A stretch of 62,079 nucleotides of DNA, the filler included, from Bipalium vagum (Eukaryota): assembly GCA_037834085.1 (NCBI GenBank). It is 3 parts of 3 records of this genome, joined end to end, with 100 filler letters (N's around TTAATTAATTAA, not from the genome) between each part and the next. Parts side by side here need not be neighbours in the genome. Positions count along the whole stretch, not along the records: positions 1 to 15,807 come from JBBMKC010144814.1; positions 15,908 to 44,120 come from JBBMKC010063277.1; 1 more part is not named here. The stretch is one strand, 5' to 3'. Shown piece by piece: positions 13,176 to 26,999 of the stretch (positions within the stretch are counted from its first letter, which is position 1; each line of letters begins with the position of its first letter). The position numbers and the translations under genes are program-made. The notes under the pieces are model-generated. The model made no database searches. It saw nothing but the letters and a program-made list of their open reading frames with translations, and had not been told where the DNA came from.

Positions 13176-14569
13176 AAGTTTTATTCGTTTTTTTAATCAC
13201 TTATCATTGTTGCCATCTTTTAAAAAGATTAATTTTTTATTTATTTTCTCTTTTATTTTCTGAATAGAGAATATCGTATTCCCATTTTTATTTACGGATT
13301 TTAAATATGAAGATTATGTTACAAGGTGAGTCTTGGTAAAAATTCTTTTGAGAGAATAACAACGTTACTTTTAATATCTGATCAATTTTCATAGATTTTT
13401 CAATTGTATAAATTGGTATTGATTTGTAGTTTCTGTAAATATTTTGTAATGAATTAATTGATGAATTTTCATAATATTTTTCGATATATACTTCAAATAA
13501 AAAATTAACTCAAACTTAACATTTTGTAGACTAGACTTTGATTATCACCTAATATTTAAATTTTTGTTTGAAACAGTTAAGGAAATTTTATATTATAAAA
13601 ATCAATAAAAAATAAGATTCACTTTAAAAAATGATAAAAATGAAATTAAAACATGAGAAAAAGAAAAAGATTTTTCATAAAATAAAAAAATAAATTATAT
13701 TGGTTTATTTTGATTTAATCTTGATTATTTAATTATTGATTATTTTATTTATCGATTTAATTTAATTATCATAAAATTAATTTATGGAAACATGACAATT
13801 GTATTCTTGTTACTGATTTAAAAAGTGAAGAAAATAGAAATTTTTTCATACATATTTGAATTGTTTTCTTTTGAGTGTTACATTTGTTACAAAGTTTTAT
13901 GAATAGTGATGTGCTTGGGTTTGAAAAATTAAAATCCTTGTTAAGGATTAAATAATGAGGACAATAATTGTAATAATAAGAATATTAAAATAATGCTAAT
14001 GATAGCCTAAGGTAATACAATGTTAAATGTGTTCTTTCTTAAATTTAAAATGATTGTCTTTATATTTTCCTTTTGTTATTTTTAATTTGGTTATTAAATT
14101 ATTATTTACCTTATTGACATTGGCTATTTGAATAATAGTGTTGAGTAATATTTGGGCTTTTGTGTGGAGAATTGTGATATATTTTAGAGCAGAAAGTTGT
14201 GATCAGTGTAGATTTGATCATTTTTGTTGAGTTGCTTATCGATTACATAAAAATATTTGTACTTTAGGATTGTATAATTTAATTATTAATAATGCTAATT
14301 TTGAATAAAAACTATTTTTGCTCTAAGCTTATTAGTAAAGACTTTGTTGAAAAATGACTAACTTATTTATTTGTTTAAATTGTTGCATTTTTAATATCAA
14401 TCGATAAATAAAGTAAAATCAAGATGCGGCTAATGTGCTAAAAATAAGTCACTTAGAAAGTTTAAATTAGAACTTTTTTATAAAAATTGGTTAAATAAAG
14501 TAAATGTGAAATTATTTTGTTAGATCTAAAAATACATTTGACAAGGAGGAGATAAATTTCTTGATGCAA

Positions 14570-14839
14570 AATCGAGAAAATCACTGTTTGGTGATCTGCA
14601 AATGAAATTATTCACTACATCTTTTTACACCTGGTGATTTTATCACAGGTCACTTAATGCAACGAAGTACAGTAGAGCATCAAAAGTTGCTTGACGGTCT
14701 TTATAATAGAAAAAAATCTATTTTTCTCTACGATAATGCAAGATTATTTGTTCCGGTATTTATAACACAAAAATTACATAAATTGAATTACGAAGTTTCC
14801 CCTCATCTAGCTTTTTCATCGGAGCTCCCACCATTAGAT
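14570..14839 (+). mobile_element. Mariner transposase fragment cut by an LTR-like insert
   Basis: FLYDNAR...KLHKLNYEVSPHLAFSSELPPLD (PHPPYSPDLAPSD motif) breaks exactly where the TG end of the LTR-like repeat begins. Confidence 0.7.
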
Positions 14840-15780
14840 TGTTATGTTACTATTATACTTTACCAAGTAACGTATGCTCGTCTACCAGTAACTCCTCACT
14901 TTTATAATTTTTTGTTCGCAACTCGGTTACACTCAACTCGAATCAAAACCCTCAAAATAAAACCTTATCTACTCTCTAATCGAATCAAAACCTCCACGAT
15001 AATACTGTATCCGCACCCTGAAAACTGAATCAAAACACTCACAATAAAACTTTATTATAAATGTATCAACAACCGGATGTAACAGCGCAAGTCGCTCCTA
15101 CCCTCGCAAAGCATCAAAATATGTCCAATACTCAAAACAAAATGGCTTTAGTTAAAATCAAGTTAATGGCTATAATAATAAACACACAAAAGAAAGTAAA
15201 TGATAATAATAATCTAAGAATAAAAAGAAAAGAATAATTACAAAAGTTCTAGAGTAAAATAAAAGGTCTCACCAGGACTGACAAGGAGTCCCCGGGTCGT
15301 CCTCTAGGTCCTTTGCAGGTCACTTAGGGATTCCCAAACTCGATGGGTCCTTTTGGTAAATCCTCTTGCATGGTCATTGACTGAATAAAAGGCAAAAATT
15401 TACTGAAACTGGGACGATTGGAGTAAAATTTGTATAAAATCTCTTCTGCCGTTTTCTTCTGTCGTTGACCAAATAAATAACAAATTCCAACAAATCCAAA
15501 TAAATCAATCTTCCGTAAATATCAATCTAAATTAATTTTTGAAGTTTCCTGGGTAAATTTCTGGGAATAGTGGTCTCTATATAGACGTGGAGATTGGATA
15601 CAATCACTAATCTCCAAGCTCAAATGACGATTCCGGACGACTATTAACCAGAATGGCCCTTAATCTCCACTTCTGTCTCCACGTCGAGACAGAACAAAAT
15701 TTCAATGCTCCGACGATGGAGCTGATGTCTCCAATTACAAATCCTCCCAAAGTCCAATATCAAAAGTTGCAAAACTCAAT
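14840..15780 (-). mobile_element. Solo-LTR-like dispersed repeat, copy A
   Basis: Homologous to 31740-32426. On the minus strand: TATA (~15578-15583), a shared agaaattt(a/g)cccag block, the GC-rich core at 15291-15371, AATAAA (15051-15056) and a terminal ...ACA at 14840. Three internal gaatcaaaac subrepeats. Confidence 0.6.
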
Positions 15781-15807
15781 CATTATCACTATTATTATTA
15801 TTATTAT

Positions 15808-15907
15808 NNNNNNNNNNNNNNNNNNNNNNNNNNNNNNNNNNNNNNNNNNNNTTAATTAATTAANNNNNNNNNNNNNNNNNNNNNNNNNNNNNNNNNNNNN
15901 NNNNNNN
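15808..15907. other. Assembly gap with artificial spacer
   Basis: 44 N + TTAATTAATTAA + 44 N, following an (ATT)n tract. Confidence 0.97.
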
Positions 15908-16791
15908 ACACACTCTGCATAAAGTACAATTTCATAATTTTGACTTTGGATATTGGGTGTACCTTATATAGAGGTTCTACTGTATTCTAAAAATATCATT
16001 GAAGTCACTAAAATATCCAGCTGAAAACGTCAAGATTTAAGATAATGTGACAACGGATTTTCAGAATGGTTAAGCTAGAGGAAATTACGAGACTTATGAA
16101 ACCAGGCTTGAAGTACTAGCTGAAGATGGACTTAATCCATAGTGCTAGAAATTCACTTAAGAAATCCAATTGATCATTGACATTGCTGAATAATCGCAAA
16201 CGCGATACGTACTACTTGCTGCTTCGAAAACATATTTATTACCCCTTTAATTGATTTATAATTATAATAAAAATAATAAGTTAATAAATTGTAGACAACA
16301 AATTTTGTCGACCCATTTATAAATACTAATTTTCTTGTAATCAGCTCACGAATATTAAAATTTCGCTATTACTTTTTCCTTTAGCCAGAAATTAGATTTT
16401 GTAAATTTTATCGAATTTTCTAATGGATAAATTCAAAAATAATAATTTATCAATTTGAATAGATCATTTGATAATAAATTTTAGCTTAACTAAAACAAAG
16501 TTATATATTGTCTATTTACATTTTAAAATTCACCAAAGAACGTTTAAAAAATAGTAGTAAATAAAAAATCAAAAAATTAATCAAAAAACTATTTCAAACA
16601 AATAAAGTTTTTATTGTTTCATTACTCTAAAAATCTATTATTTTAAAAACAGAATTTTAAGTTACAGAAATTTTAAAAATAAGAACTAAAAAGAAAATCG
16701 ATATTTGGGAAGAGTAAGAAATATTCAGATAATTTTATAAATACTAATATTATAATAAAAAATGGAAAAATTATTTATCAAAACATATAAC

Positions 16792-19700
16792 TCACTTGAC
16801 TTGGCTCCGAAGCTCGTTTCGTTCTTCAGTCAATTCGGTCGTTTTGTGTTCCCAGTAGTTTTTCATGTCAACCACTTGGTTTTCAAGTTTCGCGATCAGC
16901 TCAGATTTATCCTTCCATTTCTGATTGATCTGCCTAAAGAAAACATATGGAAAATTCGCGATCAGAGAAAATCATGTCACTTTTATGTCACCGATTGATT
17001 TATTTCAATCTTAACAATTTTGAATTTTAATATTAAAAATCTATAAATAATTTTATCAATAATCAATAACCGATATTCAACCAATAACACAATATAAGAT
17101 CATTAATATTGAAAATAAAATCAATATTTAAGATCAATTTAAGTATTGCATGGAAGTTGTTTGAACACAAAAAATTTTAAAATAATAATGAATTTTTAAA
17201 AAATTAATTTAATTATAAAAAAAATAATTAAATTAAATAATAAAATAATATTTAATTTAATAAAAATAAATAATTAAAATTGATAGAATTAACTTTTAAA
17301 TTCCATTTCTAATAACACCGGACTAAAAAAATCATTAACAATAAAATACTTTTTTAATTTTTTAAAAGGATTTATTGATAAATATTGTAAAGAATTAACT
17401 TTCTAAACAACTGCAGTATGATTTTAAAGGGAAATTTTCATGAGATATAAATAATCAATATTACAAATTCGAAATTATTAAATTAAGCAGAGTACAGAGA
17501 AAGAGTTTAAATAAAATTAACATAAATCTAAAAAATAAAGTTGAAAATTGCATAAAAAATAATGACAATTGATTTAAGTAAATTATTAATTTATTAGTAT
17601 TTTATTTATTTTTTATTATTACTATTATTTATAAACGTGCTTATTAGAAAATATTTCGTAAATACTTTTGAGTGGCTTCTGATTCTTCAAGTTTGTCTTG
17701 TAATTCAACTATTATGTCTTTCAGCTCCTCTTTTCTCTTTGTGAGCTTATTGATCAAATCCTAGACATTAAACGTATTCGTAGCAGAAATTATGAACCAG
17801 TACAAATAATCAATACTTTTAATTCTGAATTTTCATTTAAAATATTTTTGATTTGATTTTCCATTTGCTTGGAATCTTCCAATATTTTTTCTACAAAAGC
17901 TTTCGATTCAAGATCCTTTTCAGTCAGACCCTATTTTCAGATGACAATAGAGATCAAATTAACTTCCTAGAATTCTTTTGTTAACACATTACCTCTTTTA
18001 TTTTCATAATGCTTGCCGTCTGATCTTCGATAATTTTCGATTTTACTTTTACGGTCTCTGCAGATTTCTGTAAGAAAGGATTGATTAAAATGAGACAACA
18101 GTTCAATTGGTGATGATCACCTCAATTTCTAATTTTAGACAGTTGATTTCTGAAGCTTGTGCCTCAATTTTGCACTCTAATTTCGATCGATCCTGAGTCA
18201 GTAAATAACCTATTTGAAAATCAGTTTTGAGTGAACTGAAGACAAATTTTCTAGTCACCTTGTTGAGCAAGTTCTTCACTCCATAGCTTTCTTTCTGTTC
18301 TAAGTCCTTCTATTATAGATTCTTGAGCAGACAATTTTGCTTGAATCTTTTTATTTTCCTGTGACATCAAAACAACATGAATGATAAACTTAATATAGGC
18401 ATGAAATATAAATTATAACAAAAATTCAACTCTAATAATAACGTAATTGTACAAATATCAATTCACATACTTCCTACAATGGAAATTAAAAAAACAAAGT
18501 AAAATTAATGATAATAATAACAACAACAACAATAATAATAATAATAACTCAGATGATTTTTATGTTTATGGGATGGATTGTGCTTGATTCAAGATTATTT
18601 GAATCAGTTATGAGTGGTACATCTCATTTATATCGAAATTTTTTGGCATCTAAAATTAGCAAACCACTTTTGACATGTTCTTTTTCATAATGCACCAACT
18701 ACTTTCATATTACGCTTTCTTTTTTATACATATCTCCAATGTAATATAACATTTGTAAATAATAAATAACGTGATTGAAAAATATGAGCAAAATGTACAA
18801 TTTATCGTCTGTGGTGCTAACTGAATTTCAGCATGAGAGATGTTCTCCAAAAGTATTAGTATATTTTAAAGATTGAAAGTAAAAATTCCAGAGTCACGGA
18901 ATACCTTTAACCAGTTTCTTTGTGAACACTCTACGGGAATCATATTCAGTTAGACATTATTTTTAACCAAAAACAGAGCACAATATATTTTACAGTGAAT
19001 ATTAAAATCATCACATTGGTAAAGAAGAAAGGTCACCTGTTTTGTTAATTCAAACTGCAGCATTTGTTTACGAGCCTCCTCAAGATGAGCTTCCAAAGTT
19101 AAAATTCTTTCCTAAATCAATAAACTCTGTCAAAAAAATTAAGAACAAACGTATTTTAACTTTATTGTTTCTGTTTGTTTCCTGTTTGTTTTTGCTCAAG
19201 TCAATAAGCTTGCTTTTTTGGTCCTTCGCAACCTGGCGGAAAATGAAGAATTTAATATTATTGGATCAGCACTGTTGTAGAATAATACCGTGGTTAACTC
19301 AGTTATCAAAGATTTTGATTCCTCATCTTTCTTGGCTAAAATTTCAAGTTTAGTTTTGATCGAATTACATTCGGAAACCACTTGCAGGTATGCACTTTCC
19401 AGCTGGAATTAAAAAAGAAAAAATTTCGATGTTTATAAAAATATATTTTATTAATATCACTATAATAAATAATAACAATAGTAATAATAGTGATAGTTAG
19501 TGAATATATAAATAATAATTTTTTAAAAATCAATAAATATCTTTAACATAAAACAACAACAAAACATAAAACCAATAATAATAATAATAATACAAAAATA
19601 ATAATGATAATATTATTTTTATTAATAAAAATATAAAAGCAATTTCGTTAAAAAGTTCTGTTTGACATGATTTCTTGTAAAAACATGAACGACAAATTTT

Positions 19701-22700
19701 GTAGGTCCTTAGTCTAACTCCCAAAAAACACTAAGTATGTTCATGTATATTACTTTGTATATTTCTGGCATAAGAAACATAAATTTGGTTTCCATGTATT
19801 TCAAACGATCAAAGTTATTCCACATACCTTTTTGTATCGATCTGCTTCCATGTGCAGAGCAAGCCGGAATTCATTTTCAAGATCTTTGTATTGATTATTT
19901 GATTCAGATATTCTAAAAAATTATTTCGATTAATTAACTTCCCACTACTTTTTGACATTTTTTTAATAATATTTTTAAGAACCTGGCAGTGGACACATTT
20001 TATTCAAATGAAAATTTTATGTAAATAAATAATAATAAAACCAATATTAGAGTAGTATTAAATTTAAATATAATGCCGTCTACCAAAACTAAAATTATAT
20101 TTAAGAATTTTATATATTATATATTATATAAGTTATATTTATTTTATTTTATAATAAAAATAACATTAACAAATGACAAAAATTCGACATAAAAAAAATT
20201 TTACGATAGATTTTAATAATGAAAGTTCTTACAGATGATTTTAGTATTATACAGAACAATTTCAAAATTATAAAGATCAATTTCAAAATCAAAATTTTCT
20301 TATCATATAAATAATTGATGATAATTATCATTATAATTTTAGTTCCACGAATAATCGGTAAAAACAAATTACTCTAACGGAGGTACTTTTAAGCAACATA
20401 AAACGTTGGTTGGAATTGAATAAAGATGTAGAATTTATCAAAGAATTAACGACTGTTTCTGAATTCAGCATTTACAAAAATATAAAAGAAAATGAAGAAA
20501 ATGATACTGATATCAAAAGATTAAAACCGAGAAGTAAAAATAAAATCTAAATATCGTCAAAATACTCAACTTCATATCCAAAGACTATTTTTAACACAAA
20601 TAGGTGTTCAAGAAAAGCTTTTGATGAAATATGCACCAACACCTATTCTATTTTTGTTATTTAAAGAAAGTAATTTAAAAAGGAAAGGACAAAAGAAAAA
20701 ATCTTCTATTCCCTTATCTGAAAACCATCAAGATGAAAAACGCGAAAATGTCTCAAATATTTTGGGTAAAAAACAAAAATAATATTTTTAAATGAGATAA
20801 CCAATTATGGTTATCCAAAGATTAATGAGAGTTCAACTCTTTCAAAAAAGGAAATCTCGGACAAAATATTTCAGTATGCGCAATGATGGACTCTATGAGA
20901 ATATGACATTAAACATGAGTGACGGTGCTTTAAATGAAGAAAGTTTTAAAATTTTATTATTGAAAGTTGGAATAATGGAAGTTTTGACTTTCATCCAATG
21001 TTGATAATGGACAATGTCCACTTCCATCACTGTAATTCAAATAAAAACTTATTTAACAAATGAGACATTATATATTGGTATTTGCTAAAATATATTCCAA
21101 CACAGAAATCGATCGAAGAGGTTTTATCCGTGATCAAAGGAAACATAAGTGCAATTCGTCCTGTTGTAATCAACAGAGAATCTTTAAAAGAAAATATGAC
21201 TGAGGTCTCAAACGCACTTGTGGATTGTAGCATTAATTTCTGTAATTTTTTAAAGAAAATGTTGGAATTTTGTTATAATGTAATGTAATGAAGTTAATAA
21301 TTAAATATTGATTTTTCTAAATATTTTTAATAAAGCCTTTAATTATGACTTCAAATTGTAAAAAAACAATTAAATTTATTGATACAAGTTTGAATTTGGT
21401 CTTTATAATACCACAATCTTCTGTCTTTAAGGAATTTTATTATAGTTGAAGTAATCAATAAAGAAATTGAAAATAATCAGTGTCCATTCCAATTGATCTA
21501 AATAAAACCCAATAAATGTTGATTTGATAAAATAATTGTTTAATATATAATTATAAATAAATTTTTGTACAATATCAAATCAAAATTCCACCAAAAATAT
21601 TTACAAAATAAGAATGATATTTAATAATATTGACAATAATTCACAATATCTTATTAATAAATTAGAATTTTAAAAAATATATTTCTTTTAATAAGAAGTT
21701 GGTTGAAAGCCTCATTTTGGTAAAAATGTTGAAACAAAATTGTCAGTCCATTCAAATTTGAAATAAATAAATTATTTATTTATTTATAAACCTTAAAATT
21801 TAAAAACACGAGTTTATAAACTAATTTTCATTAAAAAATTGAAAATTATTTTTATTTCATTACCTTAAAATTACTATTTTACTCTTTTTTGAAAGTAGAG
21901 TATCTTTAAGAAATTATGATTTATACTTTTAAAAATACAAAAATACTTGACAGACGCATGAAGAGATTTATGGGTTGAGTGTACCTTTGACAAAGGTGGT
22001 AAATGGTTTGGATGTATTGTATTTATTGAATGTAACTTAGTTAAAATAAAATATTTATCAAGGTTTTTTTAAATAAATCAAGAACAATAAAAATCTTATT
22101 TTAAAAATCTAATATTACTCTTATCATTCAAAACTTATTAATTTACTGAAAACCTTTCACTGAAAAAAAAATTAAATTTATTCCTGGGCAGCGCTAAGTT
22201 TATACACTGACAAAGTTAAGGCTAAGACAGTACTTGACTTTCCAGGCATTGATCTCGTGATAGGACTCAGTCTTGGCTGCATTAATTTGTTTTTCTATAT
22301 AGTCTTTCAATTCCTGACTATCAAGTGCGTATCGATTCAGTAGACAAGTCCTAAAATCAATTCAATCCATTTCAACAGATATTCTAACTTCTTTACTGGT
22401 ATTCCTTTTCTCTTTTACTCATAATCGACTGTAAATCTTCCACTTGACTTTCCAAATTAGAACAGTGCTTCTTAATAGACGTAATATTCGATTCAGCCGC
22501 TTTCTGAACTGATTTGCATTGTTCTAAATCTTTATTCATCTGAAACAAACAAATAACATAAAGATAAAAAGTAATATTGAGAATTTCCAGGTTATTTTTT
22601 TCAGATTTCCTATCAATTTAGATAAATTAATTTTTTATTAAATCGATATGTCAAAATTCTTTAAGTATTTTCAGTCTTCTTAGGTAGAATAAAATTGAAA

Positions 22701-23012
22701 TACCTTTTATTTTATTATTATTTTTTACCAATAACTATTAATATCCATTATAAGTACTTAATGTAATTGATAGATCGGTTGATTAATAATATTGATAACA
22801 ATAAAACATCTTTCAAACAAAGATCTACCAAACTTTCTTTGAATAAAAGTAATATTTATTTTATTAATTTTTATTATTATTTAATGATTATTTTTTATTA
22901 ATCTATTATTTCTATTATTGATTGATAATTTATGAAATTCATCAAATATATAATAGAATAATAAATAGAAATTATATAATTTTAAATATCTTTATAAATA
23001 GTTTTATTATTA

Positions 23013-23056
<44 letters not shown>

Positions 23057-26000
23057 TTATTATTGTTGTTATTAATTTTATTTTTTTTATCATTTTTATT
23101 GTCATTATTGATAATTATTAGTGATTGTGTTAATATTAATAATTATTTTTACTATCTTTTTTTCTGTATAAAAAATACTATTTAATAAGTCTATTTAAAA
23201 AATAAAATAAAAAATCAACAATTAATGGTCAAATCAATTAATTTGATTAATTACTAAATTTCAGATCGCTGTTAACATTCTGTATCCAAGTTTTATTAAA
23301 GCAGATTATGGAAATTAATGTTTACTGGAAAAATATCAAAATAACCCACTTTCTCAAGTTCCTCGGACTTTGCGTTAATTATTTTTTCTTTAAGGTCCAA
23401 TTTCTTTTGATAATCTATTCCCTGTGACTCCATATTAACTTTAAGTTCCGCTAGAGAAGTTTCCTTTTCGTTAATACGACCCTAATCCATTTAATCGACA
23501 TTTTATAACAGAAAAGAAAGCCTTATACCTGTAAATCGGAAACTTTTTGTTCCAAGTCCTGACGACTGGATTTCTCTTTCGAAAAAGCCTCAACCAGCAT
23601 TTCTGTAGACTTCAAAGCATCGGTTTTACTTTTCTTATCGTTGATCATCATCAATTGAATCTCTTTGTATTTATTTACAACGATTTGCAATTTGTTTTCC
23701 ACTTCTACACGCTTCTGTCTTTCCAAATCTAATTCTTTCAATAAGCCTGCAATTTTTAAATCAGAGTTTTCCACTGTTTTTCCTCTGGCCGTCACACTTT
23801 TTCCGTCTTTATGATCATTCTTTCCGTTTCCACAATACTTGTCCGTATGGAATTTTGGTAAATTTTCCAAACCAACAGTCTCATCAAGATTTTTGTTCAA
23901 CAATGAAACCATTTTATTTTCCAATTCTTGTATGCGCATTTTTAATTCTGACTGATTATCATTATCGTTTTTATTCACTGTCTCTTTTTCTATTGAACGT
24001 GATTTTTGTGGCTCTTTTGCCAACTTGTTTATTTGTTGATATTTTGTCATCGGTTTTGGAGTCTCGTGGTGCTGAATTTCTGAATGGTAATCGGTAGAGC
24101 TGGACAGATATTCCAAAAAATGTTCTAAGCCAGGTATATCGGACAGGATATTCATTTTTATTGGTCGACCTTCTCTGTCCTTACCATCGAGTATTTGTAA
24201 ATTATGCAAGCTCGAAAAGATCTTTTTTCGATAATCTAAATGAATTTCATGTGTGGTTTAGAGAATGAAAAAAATATCTGAATATTTTTTGGTTTTTAAT
24301 TGTCTAAAAAAGTACCAAAAATTTGAAAAAATTAATACCGATTCACAAAAGAAAATGGAATAAAAGTACGTTCAAATTTATTTATGTCGGTGCATAAGTA
24401 ATGTTTTTTTAATAATGTATAATAACAATTAATAAATTGCTTAAACATATCAAAACCATTTATTTTTTGGCGATTTGATGAAGTAAATTAAATGCCTAAA
24501 TATTTTTCGATTAATTTGAAGAATATGTATGAAATCTGTAGAAATGAAAGACTAAGTGTCAAATGAAGATTCCAAACGACATTGAATTGAATGTACGAAT
24601 TTAATCATGGTAAAACGGCTACAAGGTCAATTAACCAAAAATAATCAGATGCTGTTGATGTCAGAAAAATGTTAGAGATCATTTTCCAAACTCAAAATCG
24701 AAAATGTTGATTTAACAGACACTCTTGATCTGGCACATCTCAGGTTGTAGATAATAAAAGTAGACAGATATCAATTCAAAAAAACATTGGTTCGAATTAT
24801 TTCACAAGTAAAAGTTAACAGGGAAACAATTCGACAACATTTAAAGGAAATTTGTAAAGTAATCAAAGCAGAACTCCTTATGAACTTATCAATGGCATAA
24901 AAAGAATCGTATGATAGATTGTGACAAAACAACAACTCAAATCTTAAAAAACAATGTCTTTCATCTTTTCGAAGACCTACAATCATTGCAAAACCAAATA
25001 TTTATGAGAAAAGGTAACAGTGATTGTCTGATCGTTCTCTAGAAGGTATTTTGCATATCGAAAAAATAGCTGCGAATTGGTATTGTGCTCAGTTTGACAA
25101 ATTAAAAGGTAAAATGGATAATGCACGACCGCATACTACACACGACACACTCCAGAAGATTACCGACTTTGGTTGGGAAATTTTAGCTCATCCAGCTTAC
25201 AGTCCGGAAACTACTACTATCTGCTCAGGACAAAGCAACATTTTTTGATCGGATAAAAGTTCATTTTTTATAAAGTTTGAATATTGCATTTTAAAATATT
25301 CTGAATTCCAAATTCAGTACTACAAATGGTTAATGAAAACAAAACCACCAACAGAAGTCTTGAGAACGATGAGATCGTTGATATTTTGTAGACAAACAGA
25401 TTTTTGATTGACGGGAGCCCGAACCGTTCCGCTAAACATTGAACCAAATTTTTATAAGTGATGATGATATCAAAATGAGACAAAAAAATCAATGATATCC
25501 AAAGATAATAATTGGCTCGGAGATGCAACTAAAAATCTCATGGCCAGACAAATATGATAAGTCTCAGAAAAAAATTGTTTTATTTTACTCATTTGTTTAG
25601 GATTTTTTTATATGCAAATACTGATAAAACAAACAACACCAAGTGGCGGAAAAACATCCATAAAAAAGATTTTATCCTGAAAATATTATTATTGTAACTA
25701 TGACCTTTATTTTCAAAATTGGATAGCTTAAGAGCTTTCAAAGAATCACAACTCAGGTGTCTAAATAGGTGAAGGATCATTTTAAAAAAAATGAAAATTA
25801 CGATAAACCACCAGAAGTTAAAAATGAACTGAATTTACTATTTTGTTGAAATAGCTAATGAAAAAACCAATGATATCCGAAGGGATTTTAAATATTCTTC
25901 GAGCAGGAAACACTCAATTTCTATTCACAAATGAAATTCATTTTCTGTTATATATGAGAAAAAGAGAATAGCCAACATTGATGGAGAATATTTGATTGAT

Positions 26001-26999
26001 TAATATTCAAAAAACCAAAAAAAACGTAAATCGCTTTTTCATTTATTTCATATAAAATTGAAAAAAATATTACCCATAAAAATTCAATATTATAATTACA
26101 AATTCTTATACTCCATATTTATTTTATAGATTAATTAATATTTTATTAATTTACTTTTAAGAAAGTATTAGTCTCAAAATTATTTTGAAATATTTTAGAA
26201 TAAATTTTACAATCTTTATAAGAGTACCTTTCAGAAAATTCATAAAATTACAATGAAACTTTAAAAATTTAGCACCCTTTCAAATTGACCTCATTTTAAC
26301 TTTACTACATTTTTTGATAACGAAATAAAATTCTAAAGTCCTTCGATATAAAGCCTTTCTCTGAAAGTTTTGATTAATTTTCGTTCCACCGATCTCTAGT
26401 TAAACTCATCTAATATTAACAAAAATAAACCTGGAGTCTTGCACACTGGATTCGAAGACGTATTGTCACTCAAACATAACTGACGGAGGTTAGCTAAATC
26501 TTGGCAGCTTTTGATGATATGTGTCACTAATCGAACTTGATTTCCTTCTAACTCGACAACAGTCAGCGGATGATTGCGAATATCGATAAATTCAGACAAA
26601 CCAGAAATGTCCGTTATTTCATTATACGATACATTCAATTTAATTAACTGTCTAAATAAAAAAAAATAAATCACCACAATGGTTTCATTAATGAAAAGAT
26701 ATTTACCGCAGTTGTGAAATATTTTCAATTTTCTTTAAGCGATTGGCAGATAAATTCAAAGTTCGTAAAAATTTCAAAGAATCAAGCCCAGATATTTTAG
26801 TTATAATATTAGAAGATAAATCAAGATGTCTTAAATTAACCAAATGATCCAATCCTTTAATATTCACAATCCTATTGTAATGAAGATTTAATGTGGTAAT
26901 GTTCGATTTTAAATTTAGATTTGAAATATCTTTAATTCCAAAATCAATATAGTTTTCCTCTAGTACATTTTCTGATTCAGAGTCTCCAGATGATATCAT
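16792..26999 (-). CDS. LRRCC1: Leucine-rich repeat and coiled-coil centriolar protein (LRRCC1/VFL1 orthologue); 3' end possibly incomplete
   Basis: Exon 1 (26999-26707) has SDS22-type LRRs (LRHLDLSSNIITKISGLDSLKFLRTLNLSANRL), then an LRR cap (NPVCKTPG...YRKKIFSSLHNLQILDGKD) and coiled-coil exons. The last visible exon, INQKWKDKSELIAKLENQV...EERNEL, matches the LRRCC1 C-terminal region as I recall it. Confidence 0.85.
20380..21290 (+). mobile_element. Degenerate IS630/Tc1-family transposase in LRRCC1 intron
   Basis: LIMDNVHFHH and LKYIPTQKSIEEVLSVIK resemble the DD34E motif MDN...YLPPYSPxLNPIEE; frameshifted. Confidence 0.6.
23013..23055. repeat. (TTA)n microsatellite
   Basis: Direct reading; explains the spurious poly-Leu ORF 22922-23185. 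Confidence 0.9.
24380..25260 (+). mobile_element. Degenerate mariner in LRRCC1 intron
   Basis: TIR-like tatgtcggtgcataagtaat; MDNARPHT...GWEILAHPAYSPE. Confidence 0.75.

Noticed and set aside
15852-15863. TTAATTAATTAA palindrome inside N runs (also 44165-44176)
   Set aside because: Identical 44N-12-44N layout at both sites: an artificial six-frame-stop scaffolding spacer.
16119-16155. Hammerhead-like CTGAAGA followed by a hairpin
   Set aside because: GAAA does not follow stem II directly, and stems I and III could not be formed.
22922-23185. Hydrophobic ORFs (also 18508, 19336, 19530, 20149, 59163)
   Set aside because: Products of AT-rich low-complexity or microsatellite sequence, or antisense to real exons.
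25270-25780. Possible BEL/Pao fragment (similar doubts at 34200-34520 and 42134-42470)
   Set aside because: Only vague similarity; no diagnostic motif.
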